Part shown: piece by piece, positions 28,615 through 42,996 of the stretch
How positions within the stretch are numbered: the first letter of the stretch is position 1
Layout of the letters: each line of letters begins with the position of its first letter
DNA from: the human T2T-CHM13v2.0 reference genome, Homo sapiens
Strand: one strand, 5' to 3'
Assembly (NCBI RefSeq): GCF_009914755.1
Contig: NC_060930.1
Length of the DNA: 64,000 nucleotides
Position numbers and translations under genes: made by a program
Notes under the pieces: model-generated
Seen by the model: the letters and a program-made list of their open reading frames with translations, nothing else
Told to the model about the DNA's origin: nothing
Database searches by the model: none

Positions 28615-28882
28615 GGCTGGGTGTGGTGGCCTACAATCCCAAGAGTGTGAGGCTGCAGCCTAGGTGGCAGAGCAAGATCCTATCTCATAAATAAATAAAT
28701 AAGACAGAGAAAGGGAGAAACAGAGAGAGAGAGAGAGAGAGACTGAGCTTGGTGGCTCATGCCTGTAATCCCAACACTTTGGGAGGCCAAGGCCAGGAGT
28801 TCAAGGCTGCAGTGAGCTATGATTGCACACTGCACTCTATCTTGGGCAACAGAGTGAGATCCTGTCTCTCTAAGAAAAAAAA
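28615..28882 (+). mobile_element. Two deleted Alu monomer fragments with (GA)n
   Basis: ggctgggtgtggtggcctacaatccc... and ggtggctcatgcctgtaatcccaacactttgggaggcc...gcaacagagtgagatcctgtctct. Confidence 0.75.
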
Positions 28883-30137
28883 ATATATATTTTATATATC
28901 TATATATTTATATATATAATATATAAATATCTATATTATATATAGATAAATATGTATATATTTTTATATACATATTAAAAATATATTATATGTATAAACT
29001 ATATACATATTTTTTTTTGGAGGGTGGTGAGTGCTATGGAAAAATAGAGCCATTTAAGGGGAGGATCACACAATTTAAGGGGAGGATCAAGGGTGCCAGA
29101 GGTGGGGCAGGTTGCAATTTTAAATGAGATTGTCATAGTAAGCCTCACTGAGTAGGTACATTTGAGCAAAAATGTTTAAGTGTTAAGGAAGGTGACCATG
29201 TGACTATCCAAAGAATATAGTATTTTTAGTGGAACAATCCACCAGTGCAAAGGCATAAGATGGGGACATACTTGGCAGGTTCAAGAAGCACAGGGAGGCC
29301 AGTGTGGTCAGAAATGAGTAAGGGAGGTAGAGAATAGAAAAAGGAGATGACATCAGAGGAATACTTAGGGTGAGGAGCAGAGAAGATGGACTTGTAGGCA
29401 TTGGCGTTTACCCTGAGTGGGATATGAAGTCATTGGAAAGCTTTAAGCAGAAGACTGATGTAATCTGACTTATGCTTGCTCTGACTCTCCATAAAGAATA
29501 AACTGTGGTAAGGCAAGGGTAGATCAGTTAACAAATCATTGCAATAATCTAGATGAAAAGGATAGCTTTTGAACTGGAATGGGACTACAGGAAGTAGTAA
29601 GTTACTAGGTATATTTTGAAGGTAGAGACAAGGGGATTAGGTGTAGGGCAGACGTGTTAGGTGTGGGATATAAGAGAAAGAGAAGATAAAAGGTTGACTC
29701 CAGACATTTGGCCCAGAATCATTATTAAATGACAGGATGAAGACCGAAAGTAGAAAACTTTAGGGGGAGAAAACTAGAAGTCCCATTTGGGATGTGTTAA
29801 GTTTGAGGTATCTATTAGCCCTCCAAATGGAGGTGTTTCAGTTAGCAATTTAGCATATAAGTCTGAAGTTTAAGAAAAAGGTCTGGGTTAGAGATAAAAA
29901 ATTGAGAGTCTATGACATAGACATAGAATTTAATTTCATATGACTGGTTGAGATGGCAAGGAAGGGAATGTAGATGAGAAGAAAAAGAACTAAACTCTGA
30001 GGAACTTCAACATTGAGCATTTGGAGAGAAGAGGAGAAGCAAGTAAAAGGAGACCCAAAAAGCAGCAACCAGTGGCATGGGAGGAAAACCAGGAGAGTAT
30101 AGTGTCCTTGAAGCCAAGAGAAAAAGTAAATCTAGAA

Positions 30138-30344
30138 CAAACTTGTCCAACTCACCAGGATAGCTTTGAATGTGGCCAACACAAATTTATGGTTGGCGGT
30201 AAGATTTTATTAAAACACCATGAGATTTTTTTTGCCATTTAGCTCACCAGCGATCATTAGCGTTAGTGTATTTTATATGTAGCCCAAGACAATTCTTCTT
30301 TTTCCAATGTGGCCTAGGGAAGCCAAAAAACTGGACACTCCTGG
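30138..30344 (-). mobile_element. MER30 (hAT-Charlie MITE)
   Basis: caaacttgtccaac...gcccaagacaattcttcttt..ccaatgtggcctagggaagccaaaaaactggacactcctg; 8-bp TSD atctagaa (NTCTAGAN type) at 30130 and 30345. Confidence 0.9.
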
Positions 30345-30936
30345 ATCTAGAAGGAAGAAGACTTTAACTGTGTCAATGCAGCTGATATGTCAAGTAAGAT
30401 GAGTCCTGAGAATGGAGCGTGGCATTCGATGGCATGTTATTGGTGACCACAGTAACAGTGGAGGCATGAAGGGGCCAAAATCCTGATGGCAGGGGGTTTA
30501 GGAGGTAGAGGAAGACACTGAGCATGGACAACTATTTCACAGAAGTAGCTACAACTACTACATCTGCTTTACAAGTCCCAGAGAGATTTTGTACCCACCC
30601 AAGTTCATATAATAGTAGCCAGGGGAGCTGAGTTTGTTTGAATCCAGAATCTGCTCTTCATGCCACTATCTCATACCACCTGCAATCTGCCCTCCTCACA
30701 GACATAATAATTCAATGAAAGAAGAATCGTGGACTAGAAGTCACCATTTATTTCTTGTTTTCTGTGTTTTCCCACCAAAAATTCGGACCAGTGTTCCTAC
30801 AACCTTCCACAAAAATCAGTTCTTCTCTCACTTTCTATTTTCATCATTTCTGGGCCTTCTTGTCACTTCGATTATGTAACCATTTATCCTTCCTCATCTG
30901 ACACTCTCCTCTTTAGGAAAAAAAAAAAAAATTCCT

Positions 30937-31085
30937 GGCTGGATGTGGTGGCTCATTCCTGTATTCCCAGCATTTTGGGAAGCCAAGACGAGAGGATTGC
31001 TTGAGCCCAGGAGTTCGATACCAGACTGGGCAACATAGTGAGACACTATCTCTACAAAAAAATTTAAAAAATTAAAAAACAAAAT
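30937..31085 (+). mobile_element. FLAM
   Basis: ggctggatgtggtggctcattcctgtattcccagc...gggcaacatagtgagacactatctctacaaaa. Confidence 0.8.
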
Positions 31086-32756
31086 CCCTTGATTACTTCT
31101 ATTCCTAGTTACCATATTCACAGTTTCCACTTCATTGAATCCTTATTTTATTTCCCACTGACCTAGGAATCAATGTCCTTCTGTGTATTTCCTCCACCCA
31201 ATAGACTTTGTCTGCTAAAACCTGTAACAAGTACACCACTGATTCTGGCTGGGAAGTAACACACCTCATGTAGTTGGAAAATAAAGTGAAGAATCTTTGT
31301 GTGCATGTACGTGGGTTGACGGTAAAGGTAGTGGCAGGCAAGCTGAAAACCAAGAGGGAAATAAAAATGTCAGAGAAAGTTAGGTTTACTGTGACCTCCC
31401 TAGCAAGGTTGGCAGAAAATGGGTCCAAGGCTGGGAATCGACAATATGGTCCATAGTATGACAAAGAGACACATTGGAAAATAGAGTTTCACATCAAAAG
31501 GCTTGCAGGTTTACAATGCAAGGATGGAGAGTGAGTCGGATAATCATAGACTTACGCCAATTACATGGCAAGGAAGATAGTGAGAATGAGCCCACAAGCA
31601 CAGATGATTTGACACAAAGTGCCCTGCTTTTATTTCTCTCCTCATGGCATGGTTTCAAGTAGCTATGGCCCAGTTGTTTCATAGAGCACTCCCAAAATCT
31701 TCCTTTCAAACTGGAAATTCATAGTCACAGTGACAAGCACAAAATAAATTGAACTTCTATTTTACAATGTGCTCTGTTTGGCATCACTTGAAATGCTGAT
31801 TTCTCCACAGGAATTATTATCCTTTATGGACACGATGGTCCCAGTCATAATACGCATCTTTGCAACTCAGAAATCTATTACTATTTGTGCATTTTCAGCC
31901 TGTTTCTGTATACACTGACCTCTTCCCTGTATATTGCCTGCCTTTGCTCCGTAAAAGCTCATGACTCATGAACTTCTGAGTCATGCTCTGAAGTTATGTG
32001 AATTAGTCTTAATTTAGTACTCTCCGGTTATCAGTATAAGCCCTGCCTGCTGAGAGCTTTGTTTCACCTTCCTTCCTAGCACTTGGAGTTCTCTTAATTG
32101 GTAGTTGATAACTTCCACAGTGAGCATTTTACATAAGGCAATAAAAGTTGGCCCGATGACAAACAAAAAGAACAAAACAAATTGGGACTGAAAAGAAATT
32201 ATATTGTGTAAGACATTAATACCCAGAAAAGCCAAGATTTTGTAGATAAAAAGTTTCTTGTTTATATTGTTATAAAGTAATTAACATCACCTTCTAATAG
32301 CAGATCACAAATTAAGATGACAACTCTAGAGAACTTAATAGATATGAGGGGGGAGATGGGGGAATTTATTCTCTTATGTCAAAGTAACAAGAGAAGCTTT
32401 GTTCATTCATAGCTATATATGTCAATGAGATTAAATTATCACACCAGAGAGGAAGAATTAGATTAAATAAGTAGATAACATGCACACACCAAGTGTTCCT
32501 ACCATATCTTGGGGGCCCAGAGAGAATATAATCTGATATTATAACATCATTATATGTATGGACACAGTATGGTATTTAAAAGCCTTTAGGAACTAATAGC
32601 ATCTGAGAACCAGAGAAACATGCCAATGAGTGTATTATCTGGTTTAGAAAACATGTAGACAATGATCCAAGGAATTCATTTCTGTTATAACAGATAGCAA
32701 CTCATTTAATTGTTAAAGAGTTTAGAAGAAGGATCTTGAAAGTGTGCCTATTATTT

Positions 32757-33680
32757 CCTTTTTTCTTTGTTTGTAGAGACAAGGTCTCACTTGTTGCCCA
32801 GATGGGTCTCGAACACCTGGCTTCAAGTGATCCTCCCGTCTTGGCCTCCCAAAGTGCTAGGATTACAGTATGAACCACAGTGTCCAGCATTTTCTTTTTT
32901 CTCTTCACTGCTCTAGGCGTTATTTAACTTTCACTGGTTTTCTGTGGGCATGGGCATGGTTTTTTTGTTTGTTTGTTTGTTCGTTTTGGTTTTTTTGGTT
33001 TGTTTTTTTGAGACATCCAGGCCTGAGTACAGTGGCACGATCATGGCTCACTGCAGTCTTGACCTCACAGGCTAAAGCAATCCTCCCACCTCAGCCTCCT
33101 GAGTAGCTAGGACCACAGGCATGTGCCACCACCCCCAGTTAATTTTTTTAAATTTTTTGTAGAGATGGGGTCTCACTACGTGTCTGGGGTTGTCTCAAAC
33201 TCTTAGCCTCAAGCAATCCTCCCACCTCGGCTTCTCAAATAGCTGGGATTACAGGTGTGAGCCACCACACCTTGACAGTGGACATTTTTTCAGAAAAGAA
33301 AGTTTGATTTTTGCTAAATGTTTCACACATTTTTAAGGTTTGTAAGTAAAAAATTCTGGGAATTCTACAATCTCTTACTCATTCACAATAGTTTTTTTTT
33401 TTTTTCTTTAGAGACAGGATCTGGCTCTGTCTCCTGGGCTGGAGTGACAGTGGTGCAATCATAGCTTGCTGCAGCCTCAAACTCCTAGGCTCAAGGGATC
33501 CTTCTGCTCCAGCTTCCTGAGAAAGCATGCATCACTACACCCAGCGAATTTGTTTTGTTTTGGTAGAGGCAAGATCTCGCTATGTTACCCCGTCTAGTCT
33601 CAAACTCCTGGCCTCAAGTGATTCTTCCACCTCAGCCTTCCAAAGTGCTGACATTACAGCATGAGCCACCAAACACAGCC
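32757..33680 (-). mobile_element. Cluster of three antisense Alus: FLAM (32757-32890), AluJ (32960-33275), AluJ (33392-33680)
   Basis: Alu motifs throughout; the third element has TSD cattca(c/t)aatagtttt at 33380 and 33681. Confidence 0.85.
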
Positions 33681-34149
33681 CATTCATAATAGTTTTACAC
33701 ACAGTTGATACTTTATTATTCATTCCCAGTGGATAATCCAGAATTAATTTTTATTTGATCTTATAATGTATTATGCTTCTCCTCCAGAAAATTCATTTAC
33801 TTTTGGTCTACATTAAGATGTTAATAAAAGAAGAAGGCCATATATTTCTTAGCATCCAGGATTAAGTGCATATGTGGTTCTGTCTTTATATATTACAGAT
33901 GTGACTATAAAGCAAAAGTAGATTGCTGTCCAATAGATATGCATTACATTACATTACAGTTTAACAAAATACATCTATTTCTCTTTCCTTTGTTCTTCCT
34001 TCCTTTTACTTTTTTCTTTAAAAATATTCATGAAGTCTCCATGATTGTCTATGCACAGTGTGAGATGTCATAAATAAAGCACTAAACAAGAAAGACAAAC
34101 ATATCCCTTGACCCCGTGAACCTTAGCATCCAGAGAGATAGCTGATTAT

Positions 34150-34243
34150 TGTTTGTTTGTTTTTTCCTGAGACAGGTCTTGCTTTGTTGCCTAGGCTGGA
34201 GTTCAGTCACACAATCATGGCTCACTGCAGACTCGAACTCTTG
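34150..34243 (-). mobile_element. 5'-truncated Alu 3' fragment
   Basis: gagacaggtcttgctttgttgcctaggctggag...cactgcagactcgaactc, flanked by the degenerate direct repeat gaga(g/t)atagctga(t/g)tatt. Confidence 0.75.
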
Positions 34244-35342
34244 GGAGATATAGCTGAGTATTGAAGAAATCTCTATATAATCCCAATTGTCACTGTCATG
34301 ATAGAAAAGTATAAGGAGACATGTATATTAATTTATGAGTCAGGCTTCCCTGAGAGAACAGCATAGCTGGACCTGAAGTATAAGGATACATACGCACTTA
34401 AGGAGGATATTTGGGGGTGGATACATTCCTAGCTAAAGTTAATACAGTGGGCAGAATTGTGAATAAGCATGGGAGGCTCTGTCCTTCCCTTGAGCCCAAA
34501 CCTGGAGATGCCACAAAGTTAAAAACGTCTTTGATGGATCCTGGAACTCAAATCAAAGACTGTGAAAAGCCGATGGAGAACCAGAAGGTAAGTCAAACCC
34601 CACAGAACCCAGAGGAAATCTTTGTAGTTTTGGGCTTCTCTTGCTTCACATTTACTAGCCAACTCACTGCTTACTCTGCCATACTTGATTCGGGGGGTAG
34701 GCAGGAAACATAAGCTCCAGACCGGCACCAGCCAGGGAAGTCAGTTCATGTAGGCACCATGGGACTCTAAGTGAGTAGGAAGTATAGAATAATCACCCAA
34801 TGCAGGACTAAATGGCTTCCTAGCAACATCACTGAGTCCCTACTGAGTAGTTACAAGAGGAAGAAGCAGCGCACAGAAAAGAGCAGTGCTCCGCACAGGT
34901 TGAGGGGAAAGAAAGGCGGGTTACAGAATGCAAAATCAGAGGCTCTTTTCCCTATGGTAGCCACCCTCGAACACACATGTACACTTTCATCAAGAGGAGG
35001 GTCAGCTAGGATCCAAGCCATCATCCCTCTCTTCAGGTACATACCACCAGCCAAGGAAGATGGCGATTCCAAAATATGAACACGCAGGAAAATACAGACA
35101 TCTGAGGAGTGCAAATGCAAGCTCTATGAAAAAAAGATCCAACTATCCATGAGGAAGCAAAACTAATAAATCAAATTGAATAAGACTAAATAAGACTCAA
35201 TGCTTCTTAAGATGCTTAAGATTAAAATACTCATAATAATATCTTTATCAAGGATAGAGAGAAGATTGAAAACATCAAGCAATTAAGAAGATCTAAGTAG
35301 AGATATTAAGCATGAAAAATCTAATGTTGAAATAAAGGATTT

Positions 35343-35640
<298 letters not shown>

Positions 35641-37384
35641 AAATAAAGGACTTAATATCTTAGGGAGGTTGAGAAAAGAAAGTATCAGAAATGATTTCAG
35701 CCAAAGTTTGCAAGTGACTCATTTGGTTAGTATTGAGAGTCCTATACAAACAGATTTTTCCTATTCAGTCATTTAATAGGGTTTAGATAACATATTTAAG
35801 AAATGTTCCTCAAACCTTTTTCTATGACTCATTTTTTAGTTAAAAAAAAGTTAATTCTATACAAAAGATATTTTTTGTAAGTAACAGAAATAGTACATAA
35901 ATACATGCTCACTGTATAAACTTCAACACAGAAGTATGTAGAAGAAAAATAAAACTTTCTTCTCAACATCATTCTCAACACACAGTTTGCTTTTCCTTTT
36001 CTTTAACATAAATAGGACAACACCATGGTATTATTTTGCTTTTTCCATATAAAATATGTATTATTAATATATCTCTTATACATACATATTTCTGTGTATT
36101 TATAGCTCATCTTGTTTTAAATTAGTTTTTTCTTGTGTCTTTACAATTTTGAAAGTATTCATAATTATATGCTTATTATTAAAAAATCAAACAACACAAA
36201 AGTGTGTGTAGAGCAAAGTCAAAATCCCCTTTCATCTGTCTCTTTATCATTTTATTCATTTACACACACACACACATGAATATATGTATATGTGCATGCA
36301 TGTATGTATATATTTTCACTGCTGTGAATTCGGGGACTGGAAAGATAGAAAAGTAAGCTTCCACAGCAGATAGGTGCAGTGGAAACATGTTGGTTTCCAT
36401 TTCATGTTATTATATAAATTTAATCTCTTTTAGTTCGAATATAAACAGAATCAGACAATATCTATGACCCTGTAATTTACTTTTTGACTGAGTAATATTT
36501 CTTAGCAACATCTCAGGTAGGCATATGGAACTAACTTATATTACTGATGAATGAAAATTCTCAGGTTTACCACGCCAACAAAGATAGCATCTAGGTATTT
36601 TACCAGAGCTATGTGGGACTATATTAGCTTGATCCTTATTCTAAAGATAACCACTTGTTTGCTGGAAAATTTTTTTCTGAATAAACAGTAATAATACTGT
36701 GTCTGGAACAAATACTAGCAAACTGTATACAGTACCAGAGTATTCCTTTCCTTGGAGTTTATGGAATTTATTAATATTACATTCCATCCTCAGGCAACTG
36801 TTGACCTTTCTAAATATTGTAGTTCAAAAACTAGAAGGAAATGTGCTGGAATTTCAAGTAATTATTTGTTTAGAGAATTTTCTACCAAGGAAAATTAAAG
36901 AATATACTTATGGGAGTCTTACAAACACACACAAAAACACATAGTTATGACAACCATTTGATTTTAATAATCACTAAAATTCAGAAACGGTCTTCCCCTT
37001 TATTCCCATTATTTTTATTGAAATGATCTGGCTTTTCTGTTGTGTATGTCTCTGGTTTAGTTTAATAATTTAGTTAATTAATAATGACCTACTGGTTTGT
37101 TTTTCCAGAATTTTTACTATTATGGTCAGGAAGTTTTATAGAATCACTGGAAAAATCTGAAGATACAATGATATTTCAGTTTGGTTCTTCAAATATAGGT
37201 CTTTATTCTTCTTTTTAGTACTGAGCATTAAATAAGCCATAGTTTTTTACACTTAACAAATCTCATCCTATTAAAAAAATTCAAAAATTTTACAGAAAAC
37301 TTTTTCAATTCCTATTTTTCAATTACTTAATATTTAAAGATATAACAACAAAGGGAAAAAAGAAGAAACAAAACTATAAAATGG

Positions 37385-37640
37385 AGCTGGGCACAGTGGC
37401 TCATGCCTGTAATCCCAGCACTTTGAGAGGCAGGGGCAGCCTGGGCAACGTGATGAGACCTCATCTCTACTAAAATTTAAAAAAAGGCACACACCTGTAG
37501 TCCTAGCTATCTGAGGGCCTGAGGTGAGAGTATGACTTGAGCCCAGGAAGTCAAGGCTGCAGTGAGCCCTAATCATGTCACTGCACTCCAGCCTAGGTGA
37601 CAGAGGAAGGCCCTGTCACAAAAACAAACAAACAAACAAA
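37385..37640 (+). mobile_element. AluJ with internal deletions
   Basis: Alu motifs, (AAAC)n tail, TSD aaaactataaaatg. Confidence 0.85.
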
Positions 37641-38789
37641 AAACTATAAAATGTAAAGATAGGGAAATTAAGGGTTTCATGTGCAGTTCAGTGTGAATAA
37701 TATCTAGTAAAGGACAGAAAATACTGCTACTAACACAAAAAATTAAGCAAAAGTTAAATTAATCCTATGTTTATGTTGCCTTTATTCAAAACAAAATAAT
37801 TTTTCCTCCTCACTTTGCTCCAGTTGAATATTCCACTATAGTTACTTGTGTGTTGTCATTGCTGCAAAATCTGGGTCCTTATGGAGAGAGTCAATCTCTT
37901 ATTCCTCTTTATCTCATCACAATGGGACACGCAGAGCACCTAGTACTCAACACATTATTAGTTGAGGTAATGAAGTAGAAAATTCATTTTTTTTCTTAGC
38001 ATCATCTTCAGGCTGAGACAAGAAAATGAATATGATTTTATTTTGCAACATATTTCTCCTGGGTAGTAAAAGGATTTGTGGTTCTTCTAATCTTTTGTGC
38101 ATATAATGCTCCAGTTGACATAAATTCATTTCCGTCCTGCCACTGGGGACACCAAATGTCTCTATTTTGGGATCTTAGGAAAAATAATACTGTTTACCTT
38201 TGACTCATTTATGTCAAGCATGTCCTTGTAATATTGTGTAGTTACAGGAATAAACTACAAAGACATCATCTTACATTTATATGAGGCTGTATGGTTTATA
38301 AAGCATTTTTACACATATTATTTTATTTCATGTTCATAACAGCCTCGTGATGTAGATAAAGCAGGGATTACTATTATCCTCTCTTTGATTTGGTTTCTTG
38401 TCTCTGAATGTCCTTACCTACATTTTCACTTTGTGTTATGTAAAGAACTAATGCCTTTAAACATCAAGTTAAATGGTCCAGATTGGGCAAATGATTTGTT
38501 TAAAATCTCACAGATGGACTTTACACAGCAGATTCCGAACCCCAAAGTACACACCTTTGACTCATAGTCCATTATTTAGTTCCCTATATCCTCAACCAAT
38601 TTTCCCGCCTTCCTTCCCCTTGCTCCCTTCACATAGCCTAAATATGTGCATATTCTAGAGTAATTAATTAAAAAATTTCTTGTAATTTTCCTATATAGTT
38701 TTCTTCCAGCCTGTTAAACTATCTATAATTTTCCCTAGAAATCAAATTGTTTCTTTAAGTGATAGAAGCAATTCCATGTTAACACAGCA

Positions 38790-39030
38790 ATAAACACTAA
38801 TACAGCGTCTGTAATGCACTGAGCACTGTTCTGTGTACTTTAACCAATTTACTAATTTAATTCTCACCACAACCTAATAAGGCAGACACTGTTATTAGCC
38901 CCATTTTACAGGTGGGAACACTGCACAATCAGAAAGATGGAGTAATTTGCCCAAATTTATCCAATTATTGACAGAGCCAAGATTTAAACCCTGACAATGG
39001 GGTTCATAAGTGTGTGCTATTAGCCATTAT
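38790..39030 (-). mobile_element. MIR
   Basis: tttaattctcaccacaacctaataaggcagacactgttattagccccattttacaggtgggaacactg...gtaatttgcccaa. Confidence 0.75.
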
Positions 39031-40259
39031 ACTATAATGCCTTTCTATGGTTATAGAAACTTGATTACATAAATTCCACATATTTACCCTATGCTAATGC
39101 AATGCTTAGGAGAAAAGCAATAGTGCACTTCCGTATACCTTTTATCAGGGCCTCTATCAACAGTGACTATGTTCCCCAGCACCGTGAACAGCATTATTGC
39201 TGTTCAGAAAAAAAATATGAAAAACTTCGAAATAATGTAAAAGGATGATTACATGACCTTTCAATGTCACACTGGAGCATTGTTTAATAGGGTCACCCAA
39301 CAATTATTAAAATCTAGTACAATGACCCTTTCCTTGATATACCCTTTATTACTAATTAGAGCCCAAACTCTATGATATTATATGGTACCTTGTAAATATT
39401 ATCTGGTAGAGAGGCAGATAATTTCTACCTGGTTGAAATTATAACCCCAAAGGATATGGTTTTATTGCCCTTTAGTTTATTAACGATGTTTGTCTCTAAC
39501 CTATCAGTCTTTTTGTTCAATGCATATCATTACTTAGTTCCTCAAATGTTCTTTAAGCCAGCTTACCACCCTGTTCCCCTAATTCATGAGTTAAATACAA
39601 CTTTGATATTTACTTATTCTTTATTTTCATGATATTCATGTTTTTTAATGTTTTTAAAAATTATTCCTGGAAGTCACCATGGTTTTTTTTCACTCAGCTT
39701 TTATGAGTTGATTATGAAGAAACATAGAAAAGCCTTTGATATACAAAATAAAATAGAAGCATATAATGTTATGAAATCAGTATGTCCTAGTTATTAATTA
39801 CTGAAGGACAACTACTCACAAGTCAGAGTTCTGCAAAACCTAAATATGAAACTATTCAGCATTTTGCTGAGTATGAACAAAAGCATAAATAGTATCAGAC
39901 TCTAATAAGAGGAAAGTGTGGGTGCTGGGAGACAAAAACAGTAGCAACCACACGGAGCCATCATTTCACCTTTCCTCCACAAGTTTAAAATGAAACATAT
40001 ATAACACATGGACACTTCAAGACAAAGAAGTGACTGCCCATTTATGAAATAGAGACGTAATCAATGTCTTTAAATGGTCACCAAATGAAGAGCAAAACCC
40101 AACTCTGGTGAGAACAAGATCATTTCTTATAGTACTTTTATTCTGTTTTTGGCTGTTGTCTTTCGTACTAACCAGAGAACATTTTTTGTAAGCAAGTTTC
40201 ATGGCCCTTTACCCTGGTTTTAGAATGATTCAGACTCATATAGAAAAAATAAAACAAGA

Positions 40260-40560
40260 TGCCAGGCACAGTGGCTCATGCCTGTACTTGCAACATTTTG
40301 AGAGGCCAAGGAGGGAGGATCGCTTGAGCCCAGAGTTCAAAACCAGCCTGGGCAGCATAGTGAGAACTCGTACAAAATCTAAAATTTTAGCAGAGCGTGG
40401 TGGTGCATGCCCATAGTCCCAGCTACTCAGGAGACTGAAGTAGGGGGACTGCTTGAGCCTGGGAGGTTGAGGCTGTAGTAAGCCTTGATCATGCCACTGC
40501 TCTCCCACCTGGGCAACAGAGCAAGACCCTGTCTCAAACTTAAAAAAAAAGAAAAAGAAA
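40260..40560 (+). mobile_element. AluJ
   Basis: Full dimer with ggaggatcgcttgagccc and gaggttgaggctgtagt. Confidence 0.85.
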
Positions 40561-41154
40561 ACTTCTTTAGTAATTAACATCAAACTTCCATTTCCCCCGA
40601 GATAGGAGGATTCCATGTTTATATTAACTAGTAAAGCCAGACTAGTAAAGCCAGGAGTGAGCCAAGCTTAAGATAACAGAAGAATGTTTCCTGTTAACTT
40701 AAAAGCTGATGCTAAAGAAAGCCAAAGAATAAATGAGTTAAAATTTAAGGCTCTTATATTGCCCAGAATGTAGAAAAAGATTAGATTACTTTTGACTTCT
40801 ATAAATCAAGAAAATCATGAAAAGAGTAGTGAAGTGGTTAATGTTATATCAGAGGGAGAGACTAGGAATTGCTGAGAATGCAAACATAAGATTAATAAGT
40901 GTCCATACTTTGTTGCTATCCCTTTACCTGTTCATTAATTTTTAGCTATTATTTAGCATATAGAATATTATAAAGAAAATGTTCTGATATTTGGTAGCCC
41001 TATTTAGCAACAGTCACCTATCACCATCAAAACTACTGGTGACTAAAAAATTAGTATCTAATGCTGATAAAGTGAAACTCTAAAGTCAATGAATATTTTA
41101 AGTCCTTCTTGATAACAGGGTTCTATGACAAAACATTTGACTTTACAATAAGTC

Positions 41155-41301
41155 ACCACATCTGGCTAATTTTTTTATTTTTGTAGAGACAGAGTTTCAC
41201 CATGTTGCCCAGGCAGGTCTCAAACGCCTGGGCTCAAGCCATCCTCCTGCCTCGGCCTCCCAAATTGCTGGGATTACAGGTGTGAGCCACTGCACCTGGC
41301 C
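41155..41301 (-). mobile_element. Alu left arm
   Basis: tttgtagagacagagtttcaccatgttgcccagg...gggattacaggtgtgagccactgcacctggcc. Confidence 0.8.
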
Positions 41302-42975
41302 TCACTCTTTTTTACTTAAGCTGGTTTGTGCTGGAATTTCTGTCTCATGTAACAAAAAAATCCTAACTGGCATAGATCACATAGAGAGGATAAAAAATTA
41401 TTCTCTTTTCCCTCATCTAAAGCTCCGTATACATGTCCTACAGGTCATGTTGCCCAGAGGAAGGGCTCAGTTAAGAAAGAGGCAGAATACAGCCACGTTT
41501 TAGCTCATTTTTGAAAGTTTAACTGCCCCATTCAGCTCTCTCCCTTCACAAGCCTTACCTTTGATAGTTTCCTCTTCAACAAATAAACAACAAAGCCCTG
41601 CCTCTATTTTATAGATTGTGTGGCAAATGCTTGAAATTGCAGTGTAGTGTTGCTTTTCATTTTTTGGAACAATTTTCTGATTTTTTGTTAGCTTTTCTCT
41701 GTAGTTAATGCTTCCCCTTAAAGTTAGAGTGAACATTGATATTTTACCAGTTACTTTCATGTCTCATCTGTCTTCCTGCTCTTCTGACTAAATCCCACTT
41801 TATGTCTGACCAAGCCCATTGCTGTGATGGAGGGGAAAGGACTACTCTTCTCCATGTGAATGAGACCCATAGTGAAATGCACAAATGACAGAGTGGAACT
41901 TCCGTTTCTGGGAGGACCAATGAGTGTAAAAAAAGGAGGTATTCCTTGATACTTTTTTTCTTTTAAATGAAGATGGGTATGTTTAACTTGTGGAAGAGAA
42001 CATGGATAGGTTTCAAAACAAGAGATTTGTTAGATTTACTATAGATTCACTGCAAAAGGTGACAAACTACCAACTGTAAAATCAGGCTTAAATCTTTGGT
42101 GATCAGAACATCATCTCAGGAAAAGTATGCTCTGAATGTGTGCTATTAAGCCCTCTCACAAATCACTGTGAAGATGAGAACTTGAAGGAATATAAGACAA
42201 ATTGTAGTATATTGCTTCTAAATTTACTACACTCTTTCCTTCAAAGTTCCTTGAATCAACTTTAGAACTGTTTTTGACTTAGTGCCTGTGCCAAGAGGTA
42301 ACATGGACCAATGTATTTTCCTTTTAATTAGGGAACACACATAATTTAGAGAAATAAAGGTGAATCTTAGAAACTCTGTTTAATGTTTTTTAGTTACAAA
42401 CTTCCTTTTTATTAAAATTAGCTTGTAATAGAAAGAGAAGCTACTTGATAGTATAAATTAGTTGCCTTAAATTGATCTCCTTTTATTTTTTCATCAAGTT
42501 ATAGAAGGAACTCAGTAAAAAAGCAGGAACTTTCTTAAATTTCCAAGGGTAGATACATTTGGAGGTATTATTGCAAAGGATCATGGGGAAAAGAGAAGGC
42601 GTATGGTAGTGCAGAGAGGAACTGTGATATGGGAAAACATAAAAGACAAAGAACAAGTGGAAAAGTCCCACTGTTTTTAGCCAGTTCCAACAAGAACTGA
42701 TGAAATTTTCTCTGAAATACCCTATTCTGTTCCCCTGTACACAGACACACAATCCAGTGGTTTCCATTGAAACTGGAAGTTTCAGAACCATAGCTAATCT
42801 GCAATGTAAGCACATGGAATCAGAAAGGCTAATGGATTCCATAGTCATCAACCACCTTCCTGCTTTGGATCACAGACCAGGGAGGCATGGTTTGAACATG
42901 TGAAATAAATGTAGAGATTACATAATGCAGCTTTAAATTGTAGTTCATTTTAAACAGACCACGGTTAGTAAAATT

Positions 42976-42996
42976 TGTGTGTGTGTGTGTGTGTGT
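42976..42996. repeat. (TG)n microsatellite
   Basis: About 10 TG units. Confidence 0.9.

Larger units (their letters stand above)
28440..30540 (-). mobile_element. L2 (L2a-like), interrupted by Alu fragments, an AT-rich tract and MER30
   Basis: aaatatttattaaatggctactgtgtgtcaggcactgttttaagtgcttgagataca...; ccagtgcaaaggcataagatggggacatacttggcaggttcaagaagcacagggaggccagtgtgg. Confidence 0.8.

Noticed and set aside
34480-35340. Possible HAL1/L1M ORF1-region relic and short ORFs
   Set aside because: Too diverged to assign by eye; the ORFs have no recognisable product.
40628-40656. Short tandem duplications (also at about 29052-29090 and 49761-49790)
   Set aside because: Ordinary 14-21 bp slippage duplications.
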